Source: Zygnema circumcarinatum SAG 698-1b (lineage: Eukaryota > Plantae > Zygnematophyceae). From it: a stretch of 64,000 bases of DNA. Positions within the stretch are counted from its first letter, which is position 1. Every line of letters begins with the position of its first letter. A model generated the notes under the pieces. It saw only the letters and a program-made list of their open reading frames with translations. It made no database searches and was not told the DNA's origin. The position numbers and the translations under genes are program-made. Where the stretch lies: NCBI GenBank assembly GCA_037447605.1, contig CM074805.1, forward strand, positions 4,559,361 to 4,623,360, written 5' to 3'. This document shows positions 1 through 24,990 of this stretch, in pieces.

Positions 1-852
1 TGTGTTCGATCAGTTTCCGTTTCAGTTCACTTCACATAATTAAGGTTCGAAGACATTTCTATAAAAAGGCAACGCACGAGGATCTTGATCCGTAGCCTGT
101 TATTTTTTGTCTCTTTGATGCCATCGTGAGATCGAGGGAAGCAAATTTCTTTCCTCAATCGCCAATGGAATAATGAAAATCGCTCATCACAATTATTCAG
201 TCCCTAGAGAGAATTGAGAAACGGCCTAGCAAGCCCTAGTGTCTCCTAGGGGACACTATCAAGAAGGATACTTTTTGATTGGAGAGATGCGCCACTGACC
301 TCACGATGGCGATGATGCATGCCATCAAATGGACATGGACAACATCAGCATCATGGGAAACCACAAGGAACTAAGGACAAAAGGAATTTTTTTTTGAGGT
401 TGAGGTGTGACAGATGATTCAAATGCCGTGGAAAATTCTCCTACTCAGACCGTATTAAGGGTTTTTAGGGTTTCGGGGGTGTCAGACTTTACAAAATCTT
501 ACGAAAAGCATAACGGAAAATAAAGTTACGAAAGTACTCGTTTTAGTGTCAAACTTACAAACTGACACACTGACGTTTTTTAAGCATAAAAGCATAAAAA
601 TTGTGAATATTGTTGATGTATAGATACATCAAGGTTGTTGGTACTTAGTTCCTCGCATGAGTGTTGTCCACGAGAACAATATTGTGTTGGGACAATGTCA
701 TGCATGAAAGGTCATGTTTGGTGTAGGACCAAACATGGGGGGGGGGGGTGCCCGTATCGTTAGGGCACGGTACGACAGGTCTAGGGAAGGTCTAGAGTCG
801 TAGGGTTACGGCTTAGGCTTAGACCGTACCAAAGGGGGTGCGCGGAATGCGC

Positions 853-1447
853 TGTAGCGTAACGGAGCTGCGTTCGACGGATCCGCGCCCGTTCAGTTGT
901 ACTTGACATGTTCATATTCAGTGTCACCGACCGGCCTGATCCAGGAATTGCCGACGGAAAATGCGAGACGGCGGCGCCATTTGTTGGCGGCCCACGGGNN
1001 NNNNNNNNGAGGAAGGAAAAGAAGAAAGAAGAACAAGACAACAAACCACACAGCAAATACAAATACTAAGCCCAGCACTAAAAGACAAACAAGCATCACT
1101 GACATCCCATCTACTTAACACTGACAATAGATCTTGAGTCTTGGTAGTGACAGTCCCTGATTGGCCAACTGCCCACTGAGAGGCCTGACTGACTACGTGG
1201 AGCCTTCGGATAGGTCAACGAATGATAATCGGCGGCCTTAGGCGGTGTTCCCGAGTGCGCCTTGCTGGATAGTGTGCCGTTCCGTGGACCGCCAACGCAT
1301 GGCGCCGCCTTCTCTCAATCTCCGTTGGCAGCTCCTGGATTCCGTTGATCCGTGACACGGAAGAGGCATAAGTCAAGTACAATTGAACTGACGCAAATCC
1401 GTCGAACGCAGCTCCGTTACGCTACACCCCACTTATCTTGTGCTACA
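853..1447 (+). mobile_element. Solo LTR of gypsy family C containing an inverted copy of the same LTR (about 1010-1426)
   Basis: Starts TGTAGCGTAACGG and ends CTTATCTTGTGCTACA, matching the two ends of the element C LTRs. Flanked by GCGC/GCGC. An N gap lies inside. Confidence 0.6.
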
Positions 1448-1688
1448 GCGCCCTCATTGGATGGAGCGCGACCGTACGGACGACGCGTGACTGTACGGAT
1501 AAATCGGAAATGTACGGACTCGGTGATTTGGACCGGAGGACCAAACTGGGCAAGAGATTCGTACGGTGAGAAAATGTCGGTAGAAAACGAAGGAAACAGT
1601 ACTGAAAATTGATGTTTGGCGAGCTTGGCACGTGATCAGTGCCACGCTTGTCGGACAAAAAAAGGACATTGTACAATAATTTGTTATG

Positions 1689-2388
1689 GGGGGCGACTAT
1701 TTACAGTGTACGTTTTCTGAATGTAGTGTACGTTTTCGGGGGGCAGCAAAAAAATCCTTTTTTTGGCTGCCCGGCGCTGTTTCATACTTTTCAGAATAGA
1801 TACAGACCTTTTTTCGTCGGATGTACGGATGGTGATTTGAAATGTACGAAGCGCGCGCGTCGACAAGGTATAAGGGCGCAACACGTGGAGCGACATGATT
1901 GGTCGCGGCAACATATGACGTGACAAGTATGTTTGGGACCGTGACGTGACGAAACGAGACGCGACAAAAGTGGAGTCCGTGGACGGCAGTCGGAAATGGC
2001 GGGAAAAAAACTGACAGATTTTTCCTGAAACACGCTACGTTATGTGCCCTATCTTTTTCTGTCAGTTTTAATCCCCGCCATTTCCGACTGCCGTCCGCGG
2101 ACTCCACTTTTGTCGCGTCTCGTTTCGTCACGTCACGGTCCCAAACATACTTGTCACGTCATATGTTGCCGCGACCAATCATGTCGCTCCACGTGTTGCG
2201 CCCTTATACCTTGTAGACGCGCTCGCTTCGTACATTTCAAATCACTATCCGTACATCCGACGAAAAAAGGTCTGTATCTATTCTGAAAAGTATGAAACAG
2301 CGACGGGCAGCCAAAAAAAGGATTTTTTTGCTGCCCCCCGAAAACGTACACTACATTCAGAAAACGTACACTGTAAATAGTCGCCCCC
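1689..2388. mobile_element. Mutator-like (MULE) foldback MITE
   Basis: About 330-bp near-perfect inverted arms starting GGGGGCGACTATTTACAG, with a short spacer. 9-bp TSD TTTGTTATG at 1680-1688 and 2389-2397. Confidence 0.88.
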
Positions 2389-2404
2389 TTTGTTATGGGC
2401 CTTA

Positions 2405-2889
2405 CAGTAGACCCCCCCAATATTTTCGCCCCTCTTATTTTCGCTACCCAATATTTTCGCCCTGATTTTGCCGAAACCAGTTTTTTGTACGGTAAGGCTG
2501 TGTTAGCCGTACTATTCGTACTGATTGTACTAGCCGTACTGTACTAGCTTTACGAACCGTACTAACCGTATTAACCGTACTGTACTCGCCTTCAGATTCG
2601 TACTAACCGTATTAGCCGTACTGTACTAACCTTACGAGCCGTACTAGCTGTACTAGCCGTTACGGGCTCAAGACTCTTCCCGCACGTGCCGCCGTAAGAG
2701 GCGCTCGCTCCTCTCCTCTTCTTCTTGGTTTCGATACGGTACGATACGATACGATACGTACAAACAACAGTAACCCTAACCTAATACCGCCCGCCTATTG
2801 TTAACACGGACACCCTTATATTTTCGTTACCCAATATTTTCGCCCAATATTTGCCGAAACCATGGCGAAAATATTGGGGGGGTCTACTG
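2405..2889. mobile_element. pogo/Tc1-mariner-type MITE
   Basis: TIRs CAGTAGACCCCCCCAATATTTTCGCC, TA on both sides. Internal TAGCCGTAC and GATAC tandem repeats shared with the ends of the large pogo element. Confidence 0.85.
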
Positions 2890-2949
2890 TAGTTTTATGT
2901 TGCAGTACTCTAGTGTCTACCTAGGGCTTAGGGGGTCGTAAAGCTATGA

Positions 2950-3130
2950 ATGTACGAAGCGCACGAAAAGTCGCCGAAAGTACAAAGGGGCCACGACACA
3001 TGATGATTGGTGGCGATATCATGTGACGTGACATGATAATTTTGGGACCGTGACGTGGCGAAACGAAATGCGGCAATTGTACGGCAGTGCGGACGGCAGT
3101 TCGGACGGTAGCGGAGACGGCAGCCGTAAA
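2950..3130 (+). repeat. Diverged fragment related to the MULE TIR arm
   Basis: Shares AATGTACGAAGCGC and TTTGGGACCGTGACGTG.CGAAACG with 1840-1990. Confidence 0.5.
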
Positions 3131-3580
3131 ATGGCTAAGGGCCGTGAGAGGGGACCACTGACGGCGGAGGGACGCTGAGTCACCTTCCGCCGTAAGCAAG
3201 GCCCTCGTAAGCCGGCAGAGCGGACAACAGTCACGGACAGCCAGGCTCATAAAGCTAGCCTTAGAATAGAGCATTTTAACCTTTGCATTTGCAATGGCAG
3301 GGTTGAGGCTTGAAGTTCTGGGTTAGGCTTTGGTGTTAAAACGCAGAGTTATAAGTTGGGGCATTTGGGGTGGCACCACTTGAGTACGTTTTGTATTTTT
3401 TCTGAAAATTAACAGAATTTTAGGCCTTTGTGCTTTCTCTAACATTTTTTTGTGTATTGTCTATTCCTTTGTAGTCTTCAAAGCTCAGTCTAAATCACTT
3501 CAGAAATTCAGACTACTGAGCAATTCAGACTACCATAGACGGGAAGTGGCTCAACTTCCTCGGACCCAACAACCGAAAGC

Positions 3581-3707
<127 letters not shown>

Positions 3708-4191
3708 CTCTTCCTCCGCTCCTCCGTCACTGTCTTCAGACCTCCCCTTTCTGAACCCTTCCAATTCCTACGACACTTCTCCTTCCTCCCTGAACGTTAG
3801 CGCACGTGCCGTCTTTCATTCGTACACACTGTCCGTACACACGGTCCGTACACTTTCTGTACATGAACCACAAATCTGTACTGCCGCTAAAACTGTAGAC
3901 TCTCAAACAACACAATGCAAGGTCCCACACCAACTCGTGCGTCCACCGCAAGTTCATCAACACCACAAGTTTTCTGTTTATCCCCAAAACATGTTAAAGT
4001 CCAAACCCAAGAACCCCTCCTCCCCTTCCGTCCGCACTAACACTTTTCCAGGCGATTGGCCCGTTCAATTGAGAACTTTGTTACTGCATTTGTTTGTGAA
4101 TCTTGAAAATAACATCTATTATGCAAATTGTATTCAAAGGCGCTGCTTACAAGGTGTGTAAATAGCTTCCCAGTACTTTTATATTCTTTTG

Positions 4192-17686
<13,495 letters not shown>

Positions 17687-18285
17687 GGCCCTCTTTCCCT
17701 CCCTCCCTCCCTCTCCCTCCCTCTCCCTCCCTCCCTCCCTCCCTTCCTCCCTCCCTCCCTCCCTCCCACCCTCGCTTTCTCCCTTCCTGCCTCCCTCCCT
17801 CCCTAGCTCCCTCGCTTCCTCCCTCCCTCCCTCCCTCCCTCCCTCCCTCACTCGGGCCCGCTCCCTCGCTGACCTCGGCCAGCGGGAACTGCGAAAGTGT
17901 TTGGTCGTCGTCTTCCGCGGAGGACTGTACGAACTGTACTGACAAAGGCGGCTGGCAATCACGTTTGGCAGTTGCGATTGACCCAATGTGCGGGAAATCA
18001 TACGGACAGATATGTCCATACGATTGATTGGAATCGAATCTGAAAAGTTCGGCGGCAACCGACACGCCGCTTTTTGGTTTGACTTGAAAACCGTGGACGG
18101 GACAAAACGACGAATGTGTGGGGCCCACCAGGTCCCCTCCACAAGGAGCGGGCATCCATTCAGGCAGTATGAAGAGCTCACTCCCTTCCACTCTCCCACC
18201 ACCCACTCCCTGTTGAGATCCGTACAATCGGACATACAGGGGATCCTCGTCATATTTTCCACCTTCAACAGTGCGTCACCAATTA

Positions 18286-18485
18286 GGGGGAGTCAGACCT
18301 TGACCATCGCCAAATCAATTTCGTAAGCCTGTCGGGCGAATTAAGCATTGGCTAGATACGCATTTTGGTGCGGCTGTGTATGGCGAAGCCGCGGATCCTG
18401 ACCCGGAATTCGTACACGAAAGAAGTGACTTTTAGTATAAGGAATTCGGGAATTTCGTAGGCGATGGTCAAGGTTTGACTCCCCC
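18286..18485. mobile_element. 200-bp MITE with GGGGG termini flanked by TA
   Basis: TIR GGGGGAGTCAGACCTTGACCATCGCC / GGCGATGGTCAAGGTTTGACTCCCCC. Confidence 0.8.
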
Positions 18486-18551
18486 TAATAAATTCGCCCC
18501 GATTTTGCTGAAACCACCTTTTTGTACGGTAACTTTGTGTTAGCCGTACTA

Positions 18552-18980
18552 CAGTGGGGGGTCCTCGTATTTACCACCCTAAGGAGTGCGTCCTCAATAT
18601 TTTCGCCCCGATTTTGCCGAAACCACCTTTTTGTACGGTGTTAGCCGTATTATCCGTACTACCCGTACTGTCCGTACTATCTGTACTAGCCGTTACGGGC
18701 ATACGCAAAACTCACCTAATCTCCCCGCTCGTGCCGCCGTAAGAGGCGCTCGCTCTTCTCCCATTCTTCCTGGATTCGATGCGATACGATACGAAACGAT
18801 CGGTACGATACTTTACGATACTAGGCGATACGATACGAAACGCCCCGATATGGTATTGTCCGTACGAGCCGTACGAGCTGAGACGAACAACAGAAAGCGG
18901 AAAACTACGTCTATGCGTCACGATATGGCACGATACGATACGATATTAAACGAGACAGTACGATACGGTACGATACGTAC
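18552..18980 (+). mobile_element. Truncated pogo-family MITE (left end only)
   Basis: TA-CAGTGGGGGGTCCTCGTATTTACCACCC followed by the family's subterminal repeats; no right TIR seen. Confidence 0.7.
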
Positions 18981-19263
18981 TCCTAGTTTTTTTATTTTGT
19001 GCTTGGTTCATTTGCGACCAATTTTTTGTGGTTCCTATGTTGACTTTGTCCATGTTTATTTGATGGCCTCACCATCTTGAGACCAATGCAAATCCCCTTT
19101 TCTTTTGTCGCACATTGTTGGAAGTCAATAGTGAAAAGGAAAAAACGAGGGGGGTGGAATGTCCAGAAAAAGAGGAGGGGAGGGGAGCGGAGNNNNNNNN
19201 NNGAGGGAGGGGAGGGGAGGGGAGGGAGGGGAGGGGAGCGGAGGGGAGCGGGCAGGAGGGGAG

Positions 19264-20192
19264 TGTTGGGTACAATAGGGGTATAGCCTAGAATTGTACG
19301 TTGTACGGTCCTTAGCCTTTTGTCGGCGGTCCTTAGGAGATTTGGTCACAGTCTGAACAGGGCGCTAGGGCGCTGTTCTTAGTGGGAACACGAGAGGTCT
19401 GAGTAGGACACGTGGAGGGCGGCGATAGGCCGCGCCACCACAGGAGTCTACTTAGAATTGATAAGTATAGTTTGGACACGTGGCGCGCAGCGATAGGCTG
19501 CGTGTCAGCTTTGTATTGCTTATTGCTTTAGTGGACGACCGTACGAAATGTCCGGAGCTTACGAGACGCATGGATGTACGGACGACCAACACAGGCGCTG
19601 GAGAAGCGCGCGCGTGGATGCGAAGCTTCGAGAAGGTCGGTGCGCCTTTGGAAGGAGGAAACTGTACGGACCTTCTCCCTCCTGGCCATGGCGACCCTGA
19701 GGGTGAGTTCCAGCGCGGTGCGAGGCGAGCTCCTGGAGACGTGGAGCATCACCAGCGACATGGAGGTGCGCTGTGCGGTGGAGCGCGGTGGCGCGCGGCG
19801 GCGTGCAGTAGAACGTGGAGTAGTGCAGCGCTTAGTATTTAAGTAGGTGTTGATTAGGAGTTAATCAACCTGAGAGTTCAACTTAATTCAGCTGTAGCTT
19901 GGCTCGTGTTGCCGAGTGTAGTTGCCTGGCTGTATGGGCAGCAGGAAGTAGGGGAGTTAGTCAGAGCATAGGTGGAAGCCTGAGGGCTTGACATAAATGC
20001 TTGTTTCTCTTCATTTCTTTATTAAGGAGTTTTGAGGCCGAGGAGCTTTCTCCTTACTTATTCTCTTTCGGTGTTTGCTTGATTGGATCATTTGCTTTTC
20101 AGTGTGTGCACTTGAGGGTTGTATTGATTCAGACATTGCAAGCATGTCAGAGAGTGAGAGTAGTGGGAGGGACCAGGCTCAAATTGTCAACA
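19264..20192 (+). mobile_element. Solo LTR (TGTT...AACA family)
   Basis: TG...CA ends, 5-bp TSD GGGAG, inserted in a G/A-rich tract. Shares TTAAGGAGTTTT..GAGCTTTCTCCT with 38370-39384. Confidence 0.8.
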
Positions 20193-21286
20193 GGGAGGGC
20201 CGGGGAGGACAGGGCAAGGGAGGGGAGCGGAGGGGAGGGGAGGGGAGGCGAGGGGAGGGGAGGGGAGGGGAGCGGGCGGGAGGGGAGGGCCGGGGAGGAC
20301 AGGGCAGGGGAGGGGAGCGGAGGGGAGGGGAGGGGAGGGGAGGGGAGGGGAGCGGGCGGGAGGGGAGGGCCGGGGAGGGGGCAGGGGAGGGGGAGGGGAG
20401 GGGAGGGAGGGAGGGAGGGAGGGAGGGGAGGAGGGAGGAGGGAGGGAGGGGAGGGAGGGAGGGGAGGGAGCGGAGAGGGCGGGAGGATCTTTTTCCCGAA
20501 ATATTCAAAACTGGGGGGTAACCAAAACGGGCAGGCAAAATTTTCAAAACGGGGGTAAGAAAGACAAAACGCGGGGATTGAATGCTCATCACAGTTAAAA
20601 AGTTAAAAGTTAAACGAACGGCGCTTCCGACCGTTGCGCCTGCTGCCGCCGCCTCTGCCGCGGCCACGTGGCAGCCTCTTGTCGTTGTCTTTGCGTTTTC
20701 CTGTCACGTGTCTTGCTGCATTGTTTGTGCTTCTTTTCGTTTTTTGTTTTTTGTTTTTGGTTGTTTTGTTGTTGTTTTGCTGCGGTTTTTTCTGTTCTAA
20801 CGTTTCTCGCCTTGTTTTCTGACATTTTCTGCCGTAGCTTGTCTTGCTGTGTTGCGTTTTCCCTTTTGTCTCCCCATTTGCGTCTCTTCGTCCTTGTGCT
20901 TCTTCTTTTTGAGCTGCTCTCGCCTTTTATGCCCTTTCCACCCTTTTTATGCTGTTTTCCTCCTTCCTTTCCCTTCTCCCTTCCCTTCGCCTCCCTGGTC
21001 CCTTCCCTTCCCTTCCTTTCCTTATTCCTCCACCTCTGTTTCCCTATCCCTTCCCTTCCAATCCCTTCCTTTGTCCTGCCCCTTCCTTTTCCTTCTCCCC
21101 CCCCCCTTCTCATTTCCCCTCCCCTTCCCTTCTCCCTTCCCTTCCCTTCCCTCTTTCCTCCCCGTTTCTCCTCCTCTCCTTTCCTTTCCCTCCTCCCTTC
21201 CTTTCCCATCCCCTTCCTTTCCCGTATTCCCCCCTTTCTTCTCCCTTCTCTCTTCTCTTTCCTGTCCCTTCTCTTCCCTCCTCTTC

Positions 21287-21808
21287 TGTAACAAGCCTTG
21301 AGCTCCAAGCCCAAAACCTGCTAGAGACTAAGTCACATGAATGTATAATGCTGGTTTCCAGAGTGTATGCAAGTGCCGCATCTTTGATACTCTTGCATAC
21401 GCTCCACGCCCCTTATACGCTCCCCCCGTCGAACCCTCTACCAGCGTGAGGGGCCGGGAGCAGGGCTAGCCAATAGCAAAATGCCATATGGCCAACATTG
21501 GAAAAAGTCAACGACCTTTCATTGCCACTAGCTGAGTCCAATATACGTACACGACGAACCACGCCGCACGAGATTGGATCGCGCGCCCTTGACGAACGCG
21601 ACACGTCGCGCTGAAAAGTCGCCGACAGTCCGTACCATCCGTACTGTCCGTACAGATACGTACGAATCCGTACGCCCGAGCCGTGCGGTTGTACGGAGGC
21701 CTTGTACGGCCGAACCGCACAATTAACTTTAGAATGCCGACGGCATTATAGTAACGGTCTCCATGACGCGCAGGGCATCATGGTGTCTGTAGCGTTCAGT
21801 TCGCTACA
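21287..21808 (-). mobile_element. Solo LTR related to chromovirus family B
   Basis: TGTAAC...GCTACA, TSD TCTTC. Shares TATACGCT.CCCCCGTCGAACCCTCTACCAGC with the B LTR. Confidence 0.82.
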
Positions 21809-22555
21809 TCTTCTCTTCCCTTTCCTCCCCCCCCCCGCCTCCTCTCCCTTTCTTTCCCTCCCCTTCCTCTACCCCTTCCCTTCCATCCCCTTCCCTTATC
21901 CTTTCCCCTTTCCCTTCTTTTCCGTACCCTTATTCCTCTCGCCATTCCTTTCCTTTCCTCTCCCTCCCCTTCCCGTCCCTTCCCTTCTCTTCCCTACCCT
22001 TCCNNNNNNNNNNNNNNNNNNNNNNNNNNNNNNTTTGTTGTTGTTTTGCTGCGGTTTTTTCTGTTCTAACGTTTCTCGCCTTGTTTTCTGACATTTTCTG
22101 CCGTAGCTTGTCTTGCTGTGTTGCGTTTTCCCTTTTGTCTCCCCATTTGCGTCTCTTCGTCCTTGTGCTTCTTCTTTTTGAGCTGCTCTCGCCTTTTATG
22201 CCCTTTCCACCCTTTTTATGCTGTTTTCCTCCTTCCTTTCCCTTCTCCCTTCCCTTCGCCTCCCTGGTCCCTTCCCTTCCCTTCCTTTCCTTATTCCTCC
22301 ACCTCTGTTTCCCTATCCCTTCCCTTCCAATCCCTTCCTTTGTCCTGCCCCTTCCTTTTCCTTCTCCCCCCCCCCTTCTCATTTCCCCTCCCCTTCCCTT
22401 CTCCCTTCCCTTCCCTTCCCTCTTTCCTCCCCGTTTCTCCTCCTCTCCTTTCCTTTCCCTCCTCCCTTCCTTTCCCATCCCCTTCCTTTCCCGTATTCCC
22501 CCCTTTCTTCTCCCTTCTCTCTTCTCTTTCCTGTCCCTTCTCTTCCCTCCTCTTC

Positions 22556-23077
22556 TGTAACAAGCCTTGAGCTCCAAGCCCAAAACCTGCTAGAGACTAA
22601 GTCACATGAATGTATAATGCTGGTTTCCAGAGTGTATGCAAGTGCCGCATCTTTGATACTCTTGCATACGCTCCACGCCCCTTATACGCTCCCCCCGTCG
22701 AACCCTCTACCAGCGTGAGGGGCCGGGAGCAGGGCTAGCCAATAGCAAAATGCCATATGGCCAACATTGGAAAAAGTCAACGACCTTTCATTGCCACTAG
22801 CTGAGTCCAATATACGTACACGACGAACCACGCCGCACGAGATTGGATCGCGCGCCCTTGACGAACGCGACACGTCGCGCTGAAAAGTCGCCGACAGTCC
22901 GTACCATCCGTACTGTCCGTACAGATACGTACGAATCCGTACGCCCGAGCCGTGCGGTTGTACGGAGGCCTTGTACGGCCGAACCGCACAATTAACTTTA
23001 GAATGCCGACGGCATTATAGTAACGGTCTCCATGACGCGCAGGGCATCATGGTGTCTGTAGCGTTCAGTTCGCTACA
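22556..23077 (-). mobile_element. Second copy of the same solo LTR, inside a 1.27-kb block duplicated across an N gap (probably an assembly duplicate)
   Basis: Identical to 21287-21808 at offset 1269, with the same TSD. Confidence 0.6.
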
Positions 23078-24990
23078 TCTTCTCTTCCCTTTCCTCCCCC
23101 CCCCCCCCGCCTCCTCTCCCTTTCTTTCCCTCCCCTTCCTCTACCCCTTCCCTTCCATCCCCTTCCCTTATCCTTTCCCCTTTCCCTTCTTTTCCGTACC
23201 CTTATTCCTCTCGCCATTCCTTTCCTTTCCTCTCCCTCCCCTTCCCGTCCCTTCCCTTCTCTTCCCTACCCTTCCCTCCCCTTTCTCCTCCCCGCCCACC
23301 CGCTTCCCTTCCCTCATCCATTCCCTTCTCCTTCGTCATGCCTCTTCGTCGCTCCTCTCGTTCCCCTTCCCCTTCCCACCCCCTTGCCTTGTCATCTGCT
23401 GTTGCTCTTCCCCCTCCTGTCCGTTCTTCCCCTCTTCCTTCTTCCCCTCCCGCTGCTCGCCCCAGGCCTCTCCCCCGGGTTCCTTGTGATCATTGTGGAA
23501 ATTGTTTTGGTCAGGGTGCGGGTTTGTCCCGGCATATGCGCGCGTGTCCTCTTCGTCCTCCTCCCATTGTCGACCCTTCTTCTACTCCCTCTTCTTCTCT
23601 ACCCGTCACTGCCACCCCTGGGTCTACTTTGCATGTTGGGCCTAGTCCGGCTGCTTGGGCGTATGCTCGGTCTTTAGATGTCCTTGGGTCGTTTTTTGTT
23701 GGGTCCCGTCGTCCTCGTCTTTACGCTCGTATCCCACGGGCTTTGCGTGTTTGTGTTCGTGATGCTTTGCGTTTGCCTCTTGCTCGTCTTGCGTGTGATC
23801 CATCAGATGTTGCTGCATGGCATGTCCTTCTTCTTTTCCCCCTTTGGGTTTTAATTTTGCCCCCTCGTGGTGGGGCCAGCGCCGTTCGCGAGACCCGTCG
23901 GCGATGTCTTCACCGTTTGGGTGGGGATTGGGGCTTTGCAGGCGGCTCGCGGTGATCGCGTCTGGAATTGCGCTTGTCGTCCGCCCGCCCACTTTCCACG
24001 CCCGCCCACTCCCCTTTGAGCGCCTCGCTGCGACATGCGTCGGAGCAGTTCAAAAGGCGATGCGGTTGTCTCGCTGCTGGCGCTCTTTATTACTACGCCC
24101 GCCCGGCCCAGCTGCGCGACACTTTGGATGCGCCGGACTCTCCATCCGGATGCGCCTGCGGATGTCCCTTCCTTCATCGACACTTTTGAGCCTGTCGACT
24201 CGTTTGTGCTTGATCGTGCCGCTTTCATTCGGGCGCTTACTCGCTCCCCTCATTTGTCTGCAGGGGGGCCTTCGGGCATGGTTTATGAGTTGCTTCGTGA
24301 TGTGTTTTCTCCAGACACCGGGGATAGTGGGTTTGGTTTGCTTTTTCAGCTTGCTTGTGTCATATCGCAGGGTCGTGTTCCCTCGTCCGTGAGTCACATC
24401 CTTACGTCAGCTCGTTTGGTTGCCCTTGCCAAGCCCGCAGGGGGAGTTCGCCCTATAGCCGTAGGGGAGGTTTTGTATCGCATGGTTGCTCACGCTATGT
24501 GTTTTCAGTTACAAGGGGCCTTTCAAGACCATTTTTCCCCTTATCAGTTTGGTGTGGCGACCCCTGGGGGCTGCGAGGCCGTAGTTCATGGCATTCGTGC
24601 AACGTTGGATCTTCACCCTGATTGGGTTGTTTTGCAGGTTGATGTGACAAATGCTTTTAATACGGTGGATCGTCATGAGATTTTTCGCGAGTTACGAGAG
24701 GCCCCTGCACCGATTGCGTCCCTTTTTCCTTTTGTGCGCACATTTTATTCTCGTTCGAGCCCGCTCCTTTTTTGTAGCGAAACGCTACAGTCACCCCAAG
24801 GGGAAGGATTACTTAAAGCCCGGCGTGGCCTTATGTTCCCATCCAATGCACTACCTAATGGTTAGGGCGTCGAATACCCTATAGGACAACGGAGGTCCTA
24901 GGTTCGAACCGTAAGAACTGGTTCACACGTGGGGGCACCACATAGTCACGGTGCGCCCCACATCACCCGCCAAGGTCCCCTCCTCGGCTT

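Noticed and set aside
1-780. Possible host exon or gene at the window start
   Set aside because: No recognisable coding motif. The CAGTTTC-rich resemblance between 1-40 and 62326-62360 is too short and low-complexity to call.
781-850. Scattered TTAGGG/CTAGGG motifs as a telomeric remnant
   Set aside because: There is no tandem array, only isolated matches (also near 2920).
20765-23275. 1.27-kb tandem duplication
   Set aside because: The copies are identical except for a poly-C length, are separated by an N run, and share the same solo LTR and TSD. Most likely an unmerged contig overlap.
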